64,000 nucleotides of DNA from Sedimentisphaerales bacterium (lineage in GTDB: Bacteria; Planctomycetota; Phycisphaerae; Sedimentisphaerales; SM23-30): the NCBI GenBank assembly GCA_963666285.1, contig OY762711.1; one strand, written 5' to 3'. A program made the position numbers and the translations under genes. Every line of letters starts with the position of its first letter. Position 1 is the stretch's first letter. Positions 1 to 15,200 of this stretch are shown one piece after another. A model generated the notes under the pieces. That model was not told the DNA's origin, did not search any database, and saw only the letters and a program-made list of their open reading frames with translations.

Positions 1-278
1 ATTATTTCAAGTCTTTTTGGAGGTTGATTTTACTGTTATCGCTGTCATATCCGTTTTCAGTATTGATAAAAGCCTGTTTCCTGTAGTTTATGTCCGGTTA
101 CCTGTTCTATCAATGTTTACACCAATACGTTAATAAAATTTAACAAATAGATATCAAATTATATGACGATGTCTTTGCTAACAGTATTGTAAACTAAAAA
201 TGTTTGAATTTGGTAATTGAGTATATCACAAATGGGGGAGATTTCTCATCTCTCGGCATAAACTATGGAGATTCTAAA

Positions 279-3200
279 ATGTCACTATTAAGAAAAATTC
301 GCAGGAATATCTTAAACGCAAAAAGACTTACCGCTTCTCGTCATAATCGTATCAAGACCAAAGCTGAAAAACTCAGCAGAATATCTCTCGAAGCTCTTGA
401 GCCCAGGGTGTTGCTTGCTGCCGATCTCGAAGCTTCTCTTATGCCCGCTGATATGCTGCGTCCCGACTGGGGCGATACCATCGATATGGAACTTAACGTT
501 GTCAATAACGGCACCGACCTTACCAGTGGTACCGCCGACGTTGCGTTCTATATGGACGCTAACGGTAATGACACCCTGGACATTGGTACCGACCTTGAGA
601 TTACTTCTGTTACCGCCAATACCTCATATGAACCCAATACTCCGTCTTTGCCGCTGAACTTTGCCAACGATAATCTTCCATCAACAAAAGAGTTGGAAGG
701 GGTATATACTCTTACCTTACCGTCTTCCGGATATACCGACGGTGATTATACCATTTTCGTTACTGTTGACGGAACCGCAATTAGTGATAGTGATACTACC
801 AATAACAATGCTCAGTTTACCATACCAATCGGTCTTACCGCTCCGACCGGCATAGATGTTGCTCCGAAATTCTTCGATTTTGATGCTCTTGATATTATGG
901 ACGAGCTTAAAGCCGGCACTGTCTATCCTGTCAGTATCGGCGTCCAGAATTTTGGTGATACCGCAACTTCTGCCGCGGTTAATGTCTCTATCTTCATTAG
1001 CCCTGATAAGATTCTTACCTCTGATTCTATTTTATTGACAACCGATGGCACAAACCCGGCTACCGCTGCAACAACCGGAGCCCTCAACGCAGGTACACTT
1101 GAATTTGTATCTATCGATGTCCAGATGCCGACGACTAATCCATTTGGTACCGATGAAGATATGTATCTAATTGCTGCTGTTGATGCTACCGGGATATCAT
1201 CCGGTACTCTTACCGGCGGTGCCGAGACTGAAACTTATGAGTCAAATAATTATATACCGGCAGAAGACGAACTTTCGCTGGTTTCCACTTCCAGTACTTC
1301 AGGTGTCGACCTTGGTGCCGGGTTCCTCTGGTTTGGCTCAACCTATACCGAAACTGTACCAAATTTTACCTGGGGTCAGACAACAGGTATTCCGGCTGCA
1401 AATGTCGGTCTATACAATGCCGGTGATACCGATGCGACTGCTTTTGACGTAGAAGTAAAAATCTCGCCTACCGAGGATAGCAGTGACACCAATGCTGTGT
1501 CATTAGTTTCAACTACCGGCGCAGCTGTAACTGCAACTTCTATGCAGTATACAACTGAAACAATTGCGCCGACTGCAGTACCGTCAACCTTTGGCGATGC
1601 CTCTTCTCCTGTCGGCTGGGCATATGCTTACGCGTATCTGGATGTGAGTTCAACTAATACAGACGTTGACGCTGCAAATAATATCTCTGATGCTGCTAAG
1701 GTATGGATGGGCAGCTTCGATGGTACCAACCCGGATCTGTCACCTTATGAATTGGACTATACAACTTATGACGATACCGGGTATTTCCATTGGGGAGATT
1801 CTATTGAGATCGAAGGATCAATTGCAAATGTAGGAACAGCTACCGGCGCTGTTAGCTCAAGTGCTCCTGTTACAGTAACTTACTATCTGCATGATGCCGC
1901 TGACATTACTGATACAGCCTCTTTTACTCCGATATCTCTTGGCTCCGGTACCGTTATTACTGATATGGATTCTGGAGAAATTGTTGAAATATTCCTGCAT
2001 AATATAACTGTTGATGAGCCGACTACACCAAGTACCGATACCAATCCGAGTTACCAGATAGTTATGAGTATTGATGGCGGCACTGCTGTTGCGACTGAAG
2101 CTTCTACAACAAATAATACTCTAGCATTGGATATCGCACCTTATGATACTACATTGCAGCTGGATGTTAGCACTAACGCACCTTTTGCCGATTGGGCTAT
2201 TCCGCCAACTATGGAAATTTACTTGTCTGGCCTCGATGGTCTGGATTTAAGTGCTAATAGTGTTGATGTCAATTTCTATCTGTCATCAGATACCACGCTT
2301 GATACAGGTTCTGATGACGCGGTAGGTACATATACCTTTAACTTTGATACGGGAACTAATAAACTTATAGTAGGCGGCAGCCCGCTTACTGCTAATTATT
2401 CGCTCGATTTTAGCGGGTTAAGCTCACCGGCTGACGGGGATTATACAATTTTCGCAACTCTGTCATCTCCGTCCGGCGTAAGCTTCCCTTCCACCAGCGG
2501 CATAACCGAATCTATTAATATGCCTATTGGAGATGTTACTTCTGTTACCGGCATGGATCTCTCTGGTGACAGCGTTATAATGCCGGTTAATTCGGAAATC
2601 TACTGGGGCGGCGATCTGGATCTTGCTCTTATAATTAGTAATATTGGTGATACCAATATAACAAGTAGTTTTGATATCCAGGCTTACCTCTCTGTTGATA
2701 ATGTGGTTGACAGCTCTGATATCTCTCTTGGCTCTGCTGTTACTGTTTCTGGTGGTATAAATGCTTTGACTACGGCAATTACCGCTCATTCTGTTACTCT
2801 GCCGTCCAAGACTGTGGCGGAAACTGCTTTTGGCAATAGCTATGTGAGTAATACAAGTCAGACATACCAGATATTATTTGCTCTTGATAGTGGTTCTGCT
2901 ATTACAGAAGCGTACGAGTATGATAATACATTTGGTAGCTCATTTATCAATATTGCCGATAGTGCGACTGTTACACCTACTGGGATTGATGTTGCCGGTC
3001 AGCATTTCTTTAGCCCGACTCTGATGACATCGTCCTCTCCTTCGCTGGAGTGGGGCGGGTCGCTGACCGTATACGCCAACTTTGAAAATATCGGGCCTTC
3101 CGATGAAACTGCTGGATTCAGTATAAAATACTATCTGTCTCCAAGTGCATCGCTTCCAACCGACCCGACAACAGATTCTTCTATATTGGAACTCACTTCT

Positions 3201-6200
3201 GCCGATACGGTAGCGTCGCTTACTTCCGGAGCTGTAACAAATGCCAGTTTCACTGCCAAGACTCTTACTGTACCATCTGCTCCTGCCAGTCCGTCTGGAA
3301 GTTATTATATTATAGCTCGTGCGGCAAATGTAACTAGCGATACAGCAACAACTAATAATGATATTATCATGCAGAAGATTGACGGTAATAATATGCAGGT
3401 TGCAGTGTCTGCTCCTGATCTTGTGCCTGATGTCGAAAAAGATAATCCAGAATTCGATTCTGATGTATATTGGAAATTTGGTGGTCAGTATACTCTGGCA
3501 TTAGATGTATTAAATGACAGCTCAATCGAAGTTAGTGGCAGCACAACTGCAAATATATATATATCAGCAACTGAACCGGATGTCTCTACATTAACTATAA
3601 GTACTTTGGAATCGGATACTGCTACATATACAAAATTGACCAGTGACCAGACAATCACTTTTTCAACCGGTGAATTCGAATCTATTAATGATGTAACTGT
3701 TACTTTACCAAGTGGTACCGGCTGGACTGACGGCAAGTACTATCTGATTTATGCTGTTGATACCGGCGATAGTGAGGTCGAGGTAGATGAAACAAATAAT
3801 ATCGAATTTATCGGTATTAATATAGCGTCAACTTCTCCAATAGCAGGAAAAACCGATATTGAAATGTTGGATATGGAAATAGAAGTTGATAATGCCGGTG
3901 ATAATGACCTTACCGTTCTTCAATTGGCTTGGAATACAACATATACTGGTGCTGCAGAGCATATGTTGTATAATGCCGGCGATGCTATAGCTTCCGGCAG
4001 CCCGTCAACCTTTACTGTGGATTACCAGTTAACTACTGACGGCGATTATACTTCCGGTACTGCCAGTCTGGGAACATCAACTGTTACACCACCGGTAGAT
4101 TCGCTTGCGATTTTCGACGGTACTGTTGATATTGTTACTCCGGCTTCTGGCACAAATGGAATTTATTATGTTGTTGCCAAAGCTGACTCTGCCGGTGATA
4201 TTACCGCTGAACAATCTGTAGATACTGATAATAATATATCAGATCCGTTCCCTTTATATATTGGTGACTGGGCGACCGGTGTTGATCTGGCTGCATTTAC
4301 CAGTGAAATATCTCTTGCTGGAACTAATATCGACCAGGATTCATATGTTCCCGGTGATGTTATTACTGTTGAATATCAGGTTGCTAATGTAGGTGATACC
4401 CAGGCCCAGGCATTTACAGTAGAATTCTATCTCAGTGACGATGCAACTGCTGATACTGGTGAGCTTATAACTCCAACTTCTACCAGTCCGTCGAACCCGG
4501 GGGCGCTGAATGGAAGTGGTTCTATTATGAATATGACCGCTACTATGACCGTACCGGCACCGGCGACCACCTCGTCTACTGGAGAATATTATCTGATAGT
4601 AAAGGTTGTGCCTAATGGCGGTGACACCGATGTTACAACAACTAATAACGAAATACTGACATCGATAAATGTTGATCTGCCGGATCTGGCGATCAGCTCA
4701 ACTGGCGAATTTTTACTTTCTCCGACAGTAGTCGATTATGTCTGGGGTCAGACTGACTATGATGTTGAGATTGAATTCTCTAATACTGGCGATGGCGATG
4801 CAGCTAATTTCAATGTAAGACTGGTTTTAAGTGCCGATAGTACCTATGATGCTTCATCTGATATCGAACTTTCTACTTTTACTGTTGATAAAGTAGCGGC
4901 AGGGGCCACTTATGTTAATGTTGTTAGTATTGACATACCGGAAGAAACCAGCGGTTCCGGTGCGATTCCGTCGAGTCTGGATGATAACAATACGAGCACA
5001 AATACTTACTATATCCTGGCGGTTCTTGATAGTGGTGACAGCAGTAATTCATATGCCGCTGAACTTGACGAAATTAGTACAACTAATAATATATCGACTC
5101 AGGCGTTGACTATAACAGATAGTTCGGGAATAACACTGCAATCTGGTGTTGCTGACTTGCAGGTAATTGGCGGTGATTTTGAAGTTTACAATGATGAAGT
5201 GCTTTGGGGAATGTGGGTTCCTCTGGAAGTGCCTGTATATAATGATGGTAATACCGCTGCCGGTGCATTTAATATTCAGTTTGCACTGTCTGCTGATACA
5301 GTTTGGGATGGGAGCGGAACCGATATTATCCTTACCGAACATTATTATAATAATAGTACTGCGAATACAACCTCATGGAATGTAACTTCTTTGGCGGCAG
5401 GTACATATTATGTTGCCGAAGGTATGGTGAGGATCCCTGACTATGATTCTTCATATACTGAGACCAGCTATAAAATTATTGCCAAAATTGACAGTGATAT
5501 AAATTCAGACGATTCCGCCGGCACCGGTCTCGGCGATGTCGACGAAACGGGATACGAGGATAATAATGTTACCGAACTTGACTCTAATGTTACCCTTGCC
5601 CAGCCGACTACTGGCACTACTGATATAATTCCGAGTTTGCTCTATCCGACCTGGAATACATCTTCTACTTACGTTTCCGGTAGTACAATTACGGTTGTTG
5701 CTGGTGTAACCAATTACGGTGATACCTCTGCTGATCCCGGAACCGGAGCTATAAATGCCGATTTCTACCTCGTACCGAGTATGACAACCGCTTTGGTTGA
5801 TGCCGCAGGTAATATCAGTAGTAGCGCTGTTCCTCTGACCGAGTCATCCAATTTTGTTGTATCTATTAATAATGCCAAGGTTCTACCGGCAGGTACTGGT
5901 TACGAACAAAATATGACCTTAACTATACCAAATGGTATAACCGCAGGTACTTATTATCTGGCGATGATGGTTGACAGTACATCAGCGATAACGGAAACCA
6001 GTAATACGCTAGTAAATGGTGAAGCTAATAACTATATGGTAGTCCCTGACAATAGTTATGCCATAACAATTGGCACTCCTCAGTATGACCTGGAAGTTGC
6101 CGATACTACAGCTGTCCAGTTTACTGATGGGGCGGGAACTGCCCTGACCGGCAGTCCGGTATTTACCTCTGAAATTGGTAATATTGGCCTGGATATAACA

Positions 6201-9200
6201 ATTACCAATAATGGTGTTAGCACTGTAAGTTATTATACTGTCGAACTTGGCCTTTATAGTGATCAGGCACTGACCCAGCTTGTGGCAGGTACTGCCAAAT
6301 CTCAGTCTGCTGCCAATCTTGCCGGTAATGGTACCGCGACAGTATCAATTAATGGTAACACCATTCCGGCTGATCTGGCTGCTGGTACGTATTACTACGG
6401 CATAAAACTTGACCCGTCAAATGTGGTTGATGAAAGCGGTGTAACCGGCGGTGAAAGCAATAATACCATTGCGATTCCTGTTACCATAGAATCTGCAGCT
6501 CCGGTATATGATATTACTATTGCCAGTACTTCTGATGTACAGTTTACCGATGGTGCCGGTACTGCCATGCCTGCCGATCCTGTATTTATGACGGATATGA
6601 CCAGTATAGGCGTATCGATGAATATTGCCAATAACGGAACTTCTACTACTGATCCATATCAAGTAAAGATAGGCATTTACAGCGATTCTGCATTGACAAC
6701 TCCGCTGGCCGGAAGTGAAACGACTATAACCGGTATCACCATTGATGGCAATGGAACCGCTACTCTCAGTTTGAGCAGCCTGGCAATACCGACTATTACT
6801 ACTGAGGGTGTATATTATGTTGGTATTACGCTGGATGTTGATAATGAACTGGATGAAACCCAGGTAACCGATGGTGAAAATAATAATGTAATCGCCGTTC
6901 CTGTTACGTTTGAGCATCCAAAATCTGATATCGTTATGGCTTACTTCAAAGTCGCTGACCAGGAGCAGGTTCTTGAAGCCGCCCCTGGCGATACACTGCA
7001 GGTGCATCTGGAACTTAATAATGAGTCACAAACCGCAATTACTACTCCATTTGATGTAACTGTTGATTTGCTGGACTCAACAGGTGCGGTAGTAACCGGG
7101 GCAAGCTGGACACAGCAAATTACTGTGTTGAATTCCTACAACGAAGGCAATAATCACATTGATGTTGATTTTGATATCATGCTGCCTTTCGATCTGGATA
7201 TTGCCGGCACATATACTCTTGTCGCTAAAGCAGATAGCGGAAATGTTATCGTTGAAGCAAAAGAGGATAACAATGCTTCTCAAGAGATATCGCTGACCTT
7301 AAAGAACCCGGAAGTCGATCTGTTCCTCCAGCCGGTATTTATTGAGACACCGCCTGAAGGTAAATTCTTCTGGGGTTCGGAGTTATATTTCAACTTCCAG
7401 CTAAACGAATTTGGTGATAGTGCCTCTCCGCAAAGCAAGGCTGCAATATACCTGAGCAGTACGGAAGGCAGTATTGAAGGTGCAACTCTATTACAAGAAT
7501 TAGACATACCGGAGCTAAATCCCGGAAGTTTTTATTCTGCAGAGACATATATCTATCTTCCTGAAAACCTTGATGGTTCTATGACTGACGGACAATATTA
7601 TATTGTTGTATCAGTTGACAGTGACGATCAGATAGATGAAATAATAAACGGTGTGTCAGCAGAAGATAACAACATAAAATCTGCCGCGATTGAGATTGGC
7701 TCGCCGAATATCGATCTGGAAATAATGCAGGACAGTTCTACTGCCGGAGAAGATTTTGAAATAATGAGACTTGTTCCATTTGATGTTCAGATGGAGGTAT
7801 TTAATGATAGTCTTGGCGTTGTTGATACACCGTTCGTCTTGAGGGCGGTTATCAGTCAGGATAGTATTGCCGGCAATGAGGATGATTATCTGCTGGGAGA
7901 AATTACGGTAGAGCATCTGGACCCATATATGAGTTTCCATGATGAATTGTTAGTTGATTTGCCTGATGAGACTGTTCTGCCGGATGGTACATATCGTGTT
8001 ATTATTACTGCAGATGCAAATAATGTAATTGATGAAACATATCCGGACGGCACAGCAGCAGAAGATAATAACCAGAGCATTTTCTATATAAATCTGGTCA
8101 CACCAGATCTGGTTGAAGGTGTTGATCTTGAAGCAGGTGATTTTGATTTTGAAGGTATGACAAATTTCAACTGGGGTGAGACTTACGATGTTTATTATGG
8201 ACTTATGAACAGCGGTTTGGAAGATGCCGGTGAGTTCAATATCAAGATAGCTCTATCAAAGGACAATGTTTACGATTCAACTAATGGAGATTATCTGCTG
8301 GCTGATATAGATGTAGCAGAAGGACTTACTTCTGGTAATGTTTACATGAACCAGACAACGCTGACTTTCCCGGACAATGCAGACGGCAGTCTTTCTGATG
8401 GCCCGTACTTTGTTATATTTGTTATCGATGGTGACAATCTTGTAACTGAGTCAGTTGAGGATAATAATATTATCAATAAGGTAATCAGTATGGGTAATCT
8501 GCCTAACGGTACTGATTTCGAAGTTGGTGATGTTGAGGCAGATACAAATGCAAATTATGGTGATAGCTTTACTATCAAGGTTCCGGTAAGCAATAACGGA
8601 GCTCAATCAGCCTGGGGGCAATTGAGTGTGTATGTATCAAGTTCGCCAATTACAAAGGCGAATCTTGACCAGGCAATGATGATCGGCAGCTATACATTAA
8701 GTGATGATGGTGATTTTGGTCCTGGAGCATCAACTACTATTGAAGTTGTAATTGATATGCCGACTATGCCGCAGGATTCTGCAGCGATAGAAGAATATTA
8801 TAATGTTTTGTTTATCGTTGATGCTAATAATGATGTGGAAGAGTTGGTCGAAAATAATAACTCTTTCTATCATACGTTTATCCTAACCCAGGAAAAACAG
8901 GCAGACCTCGAAGCCTGGCCGGTAATAGACAGTACCTCCGGCGGGAGTTATATCCCGGGTGTTGGTGAAGCTTTCGATTGGGGTGATGAACTTACATTGA
9001 ATGCTTATGTGAATAACTGGGGTGATGCAGATGTTGCTGATTCATTTAAGATTACATATTATCTGTCTTCTACATCGCCTTATGATGCAAACTTTGACAG
9101 CAGCGGTTTGTATCAGCTGACGTCCAAGACGGTTTCATCGATTGATGCCGGAGTGAGTGTGCAGGTTACAGGTGCGGTTGTTGTACTTCCAGAGACAGCT

Positions 9201-12200
9201 CCAGACAGATTCGCCGGTGTCAATAATCTATTTATAGTATCTATGGTGGATTCAGCTGATACTGTTGAAGAGTCAAACGAAGATAATAACTATAGTGATT
9301 TGTCTTTATATATTGGCAGCGTCCCGGCAGATTTGAGCGGCTGGATATCTATCGATCCTGAAGATGGCCAGGAATACCCCAGGTATAATTACTTGTGGGG
9401 TGAAACTATTCCGGTAAGTATGAATCTCAGTAATTTTGGCGGCGGTGATGCCGAGAACTTTACCATAACATATTATCTGGCCGAAGATTTTAACTTCCAG
9501 AACACCGATGGTTCTATTGATACTGGTAAGTTGGTAGAAATAAGCAGCCAGACTATATCTCTGGTCTCAGCCGGGGCAGGCAGTTGGAATCCTGACACCC
9601 AGACTGAAACTGAACCGGTTGTGGTATCCTATGGTCTGGTATTGCCGACAGAAAAACCATCTGGTTTCAGTGACACTTCGTTTGGTTATAACCTTGTTGC
9701 GATGATAGACAGCGGTGATACTGTTACCGAATATGATGAATACTGGAATAATATCACGACAAACTATATCAATATTGAGCAGAGTATATCAGATCTGATT
9801 AGTTTTTATGTAGATCCAATTGATCCTGCAACCGGTCAGTTTAAACCTGATGCACTGTGGTCTGATGATACAACTGTCCGCCAGATTCAGGTTCGTGGAA
9901 ATGTAGAGAATCAGGGTAATATTGATGTAGAAAGTATAAAAGTTAAATTCTTGCTGGCAGACTCTACCGGTAATATAGGAACGGCATATGAGCTTGGCGC
10001 AGAAACAATTGAAAATCTGACGGCTATGACCGGCAGTACCGAGTTGAGCTTTACTTATGATATACCTAAGCCGGAAGATGTTGGTTTTGTTCAGTCTGGT
10101 GCTGAAACCGGACCGTATACAATTATCATGGTGATTGACCCTGACGATGAAATTGATGAGAGTTTGGAAGATAATAACATTGCTATGCATCCGCTGCGTC
10201 TGACAAAACAGACCGGTAAGGTTTATGTTTCAGATAATATAGATGACCCGTCTGATAAGGAAATGGATTTTGGCAAGCTGCTTGTTGATGAAATCATAAA
10301 CGGTATTGTCACAATTCGCAATGATGGTGAAGGTGTTTTGACAGTAAATGAGATAACCAGCAGTAATGCTGCTTTCGGTATTTCTGGAATCCAGATGCCG
10401 ATCACTATTGAACCGGACGGATATGTTGATATAAATGTTGAAGTAAATGCTACAGACCTTCAGCCTGGTGATATTGAAGGAACGCTGACAATTATGACAG
10501 ATGACACTCGCAGGCCTGATGGTGTAGTTGTTGACCTGGCAGCAGAGGTTGCCCAGAGCCCATTTGATCTGGAGCTTACCTCTGTAGCTGCTGAAGCTGT
10601 TGATAGTGAAGCAGTGAATGATGAAACTGCAGATGCTTACTGGGGTGATACACTGAAAGTAGATCTTTCAGCTGCAAATATCTCAGATACAGATACGGCA
10701 AATGGTGTATTTGTTGATATATTCCTGGCAAACTCATATGATGAAAATGCTGATATGTATATGCTGGTAGAAGGTTATTCTATAGGTGATTTACTTGCAT
10801 CTGACAGTACTTCTGTCAGTCTGGATATTGCTTTGCCTGCAGAGTCGCCATTTGGCTATAGTGGTGAGATATATGTTGTTGCTGAAATATTTGGCGGTAT
10901 AGATGACTATGAGCCTGAATTTGATAATAATGTTAACGGCTCGTTGATGAGGATATTAACCAAACCGGAAGGTAACCCTGATATATCGTTCTCTTTCCTG
11001 AACCTGCCGGAAGAGCTGGCTCCGGGGATGGAAGTTACTGTTGGAATAGGGCTGGTTAATAGCGGCAAGGCTGATGCAGAAGAGTTTAGTGTTAACATTT
11101 ATGTATCTGATGATAGTCAGTTTGATAGTAATGATGAATTACTGGAAACGTTTACTGTTCATGGTTTGAGCGTTGATGCAGAAAAAGTATTCGACAAAAT
11201 CTTTACAATACCTGAAGATGCTGAAGAAGGACTTAAATATTTACTGGTAAGAGCTGATAGTACAGATGTGCTGAGTGAAGATGATGAAACTAACAATCAG
11301 GCATCAGCCAGGTTTAATATAGAAGCCGGTCCTGCAGTTGATTTTTCTATTACAGCTTTAACTGTAGATGCAGAATTGCTGGTAAATGAAGAGTTTGCTC
11401 TTGGTGTGACAGTTGCAAATAATGGTGATGAGTTGGCAGAAGATGTAGATGTAGATTTCTTCCTGTATCCTGCATCATCTGTAAGCGGAACCTCAACCGG
11501 CACATTTATTGGCTCGCTATTTATCGACTCGATAGATGCCGGCAGTAGTGTAGCCAGTACGTTCCAGGCCTTTATGCCGGGCGGGCTGGTTGAAATAGGT
11601 AGTGAATACGTAATAGTTGCGACAGTTGATCCGAGATCTGAAATTGAAGAGACTGATGAAACTAATAATTCGTTTACCAGTTCAACAGTAATACCTACAG
11701 TCGGCAGTATAGATCTGACCGGTCAGTTTGGTGAGGTTCCTGCCGAAGCCACCTGGGGCGATGGTTTTGATGTTACTCTTACCGTGACCAACCAGGGTGA
11801 AGCTGACGCATCAGCGTTTAGCGTTAAAGTTGTGCTTAGTGCAGATACGAAGATAGATGAAAATGATTTCTATCTTTCTTCCTGGCAGTCAGGCGGTAAG
11901 GCGCCTGGCGAGTCTACTGATACAACGTTATGGGCGTATCTGCCGGATTATGTAAATCTTGCGGATGGGAATTATTATGTTCTGGCAAAAATTGACAATA
12001 ACAACAAGGTGGAAGAAACAGATGAGACTAATAATCTGGTGATTTCTTCTGCGATTGCGGTTGCCGGTAAACCAGACCTTTATGGATATTTGACTGATGT
12101 GCCGGAAAGTGCAAATTATGGTCAGTCAATTACTGTGACTGATACTGTCAGTAATTATGGCACTGCGGCGGCAGGGGAGTTCGAAGTGACTTATTACCTG

Positions 12201-15200
12201 TCTGACGATTGGGAATACAATGCCGGTGAGGATGTTAAACTTGGTTCTCGTGTAATTAGTTCTCTGGCTGCAGAAGGAGAAAACACAGGTTCTGTAACTC
12301 TTGAATTGGCACGTCCGGAAGGATGGCCGGAAGAAGGTCAGGTGCATATTGTAATGGTTGTGGATGAGGCAAATGTGATCGATGAAAAATATGAGTCAGG
12401 TTTGGTTCAGGCTGATACAACTGTCGAATACAGCAGTATGCCGGTTGATATTCTTAAAGAAGGTAAATCTGACCTGGTTGGTATAAGTGTTGGAGCTCTT
12501 GCTGCTGAAAGTTTCGAATGGACCACGGATTCTGCTAATCCGGAAACAATTAATATTCAGTATGAATTAACCAATAACGGTACCGCGTCAGCAGAAAACT
12601 TTACCATATCATTCTATCTGTCGGCTAATACCCTGATTACTGCAGATAAGGATTATGAACTGGGCAGTATTACCATTAATACGCTTGAAGCAGAGGCTTC
12701 ACTTGCAGATTTTGCTGAATTTGTACTGCCTGAATCCAGTCCTACCGGTAAGGATGGTGATTTCTATATCGGTATGATAATTGATAAGGGTGCTGAGGTA
12801 GAAGAGATCGACGAACAAAATAATACTGCGACATCAACTGCAGCCGTTGCAATGGGCAATGTTGTCAAAGTTGATCTGGTGGCAAATGATGTTTACGGTC
12901 CGGAATCCGGTATAGTTCCAGATGAAAGCTTTAGTGTATATGCCGGTGTATTTAATGCAGGAACTGAACCAAGTTCAAGCTTTGAGATTGACTTCTATCT
13001 GACTACTTCAGGTTCTATCGACGGTACATCGATCAAGATTGGTTCCCAGACCATGGATCCGGTCAATGCCGGTTCATACAGCGGCCGGACATTTACCTTT
13101 GGTGGTCTTTCTGAGGATGTTTTGGATGGTTTTGTCGGCTCAAATGCTATATTTGCTATTGATGTCAATCCGGCGGAAACAGGCGGAAACCATGTCCTGG
13201 AAGAAAGCAATTATGATAACAACCAGACATCAGACTTTGCATCTACATATATCAGTCAACCTGTCACAGAAGATGCAGTGGCGGTAAGCTTTACTTCTGC
13301 CGCTGGTCTGGGTGATCTGACCTGGGGTGATTCTGTTTCGTTGAGCTATACAGTTACACCAATTTCAGATGCTCCGCTGGATGTTCAGATTATTCTGAAA
13401 AATAGTGCAGTTGGTAATGAGCTTGTTCTTTCAAGCTTCCAGCTGGCAGGAGGCGATTCTGATATCAGTTCAAGTATTACTGTTACATTGCCGGATACCA
13501 GCCCGTTTGGTCATGACGGCAATTTATCATTGGTGCTTGCTGTAGATCCAACCTCAACTTTCAGTGAAATATCTGAAGCTAATAATCAGCTATCTCTGCC
13601 GGTTACGGTCGGCAGCGGATTGTCTGACCTGGCGGCGATGGATATTTCAACTCAACCAACAGCGTCTGCCGGTGACAGTATTGAAATATACAGTGGCGTA
13701 GCTAATTATGGTTCAATTGATGCATACGGTTTTGAGATAACATATTACCTGTCATCATCCAATACTGTAATTGATGAAGGTAATGATACAATGCTGACTT
13801 CGGTATATATCAGCAGCCTGGCCGGTATGGAATATTTGTGGAATGCTCCGTCAATTACCATTCCGAACGATATTACAGATGGTAGTTATTATCTTGCTAT
13901 GCAGGTTGATCCATATGATGATATCGAAGAAGCTTCTGAAACAAACAACGTATCGTTCAGCTATATGCCGATTCAGATCAAGACTACTACTGTCTCTCCT
14001 GACAGTAATGAACCTGATAATCAGATAAGTTCGGCAACAATTGTTACTTTGACTGATGGTTTAAGCAATATTATTGAAGGAACTATTCACCAGCAGGGTA
14101 ACTCTGACTTCTTTAGCTTTACAACTCCGTCTGACGCTAATGGCCTGGCGGCAATTGAGGTTATCCCTGATGATTATCTAAATGTTTCGTTTACTGTTTA
14201 CAATCAGTCTGGAACCGCGATTTCAACGGTTGATCTGGAACCATATATGGGAGCAGAAGAAATATTTACCAGTTTCAATATTAGTCCGGGCAAGACATAT
14301 TACGTTGAAGTTGAAGGGGTAGGAAGTTCTTTAGGAGAATATGAACTTGAAATTATGGTTGGTACCGGTGGAACTGCCGGTGACAGCTATGAATCCAATA
14401 ATACCCTGGCTAATGCTGCATATATAGGTTCTGAAGATGTGACAATAACAAACGTTAATATCCATAGTCAGACCGACCAGGATTATTATATGTTTACTGT
14501 GCCGGGAGATTCAACCGGCGAATTTGAAATTGTGGCATTTGCAAATCCTGAACTTGACCTTGTAATGCGTTTGTATGACAGCGACGGAGTACAGATAGCA
14601 TCTTCAGATAATTCTGCAGCAGGAAGTGAGGAAAGTCTGAGAATTGATGCAGCTGCCGGAAGTGTATATTATGTTGCGTTTAGCTCCTGGGCAGGAAGTA
14701 CCGGTGGTTACGGTTTTGATATAATGTACGAACTGCAGGATTTGCCGGACGACTATGAATCCAATGATACCTTAGAAACAGCTTATGTACTAAATGGTGA
14801 TAGTTATATTGGTCTTTTTGATACGAATATTAATATCAGCACCGATGTAGATTATTACAGTGTGACTGTTCCTTCCGGTTATGTGTCTCTGGATCTGAAT
14901 ATTTACAATGCCGTAGAGCTTGACTCAAAGGTGTCAGTATACAGTTCGTCAGGCAGATTGCTGAGAAGTGCTGATCGAGGCGGTGTTGGTGAAATGGAAA
15001 CTCTTGTGGTTGACGGTTTGACTGCCGGGCAGGAGTTGTATATAGCTGTTAGCAGTGTAGATGGTACGACCGGTTATTATGGTATAAGCGGTAGTTACAG
15101 CGCTGAAGCTGCCGGTGATTTTGCCGAACCAAATGAAAGTACTGCATCAGCTTATGAAATTGATCTTACTAATAAGGTATCTGTAAGTATCGATAAGCTT

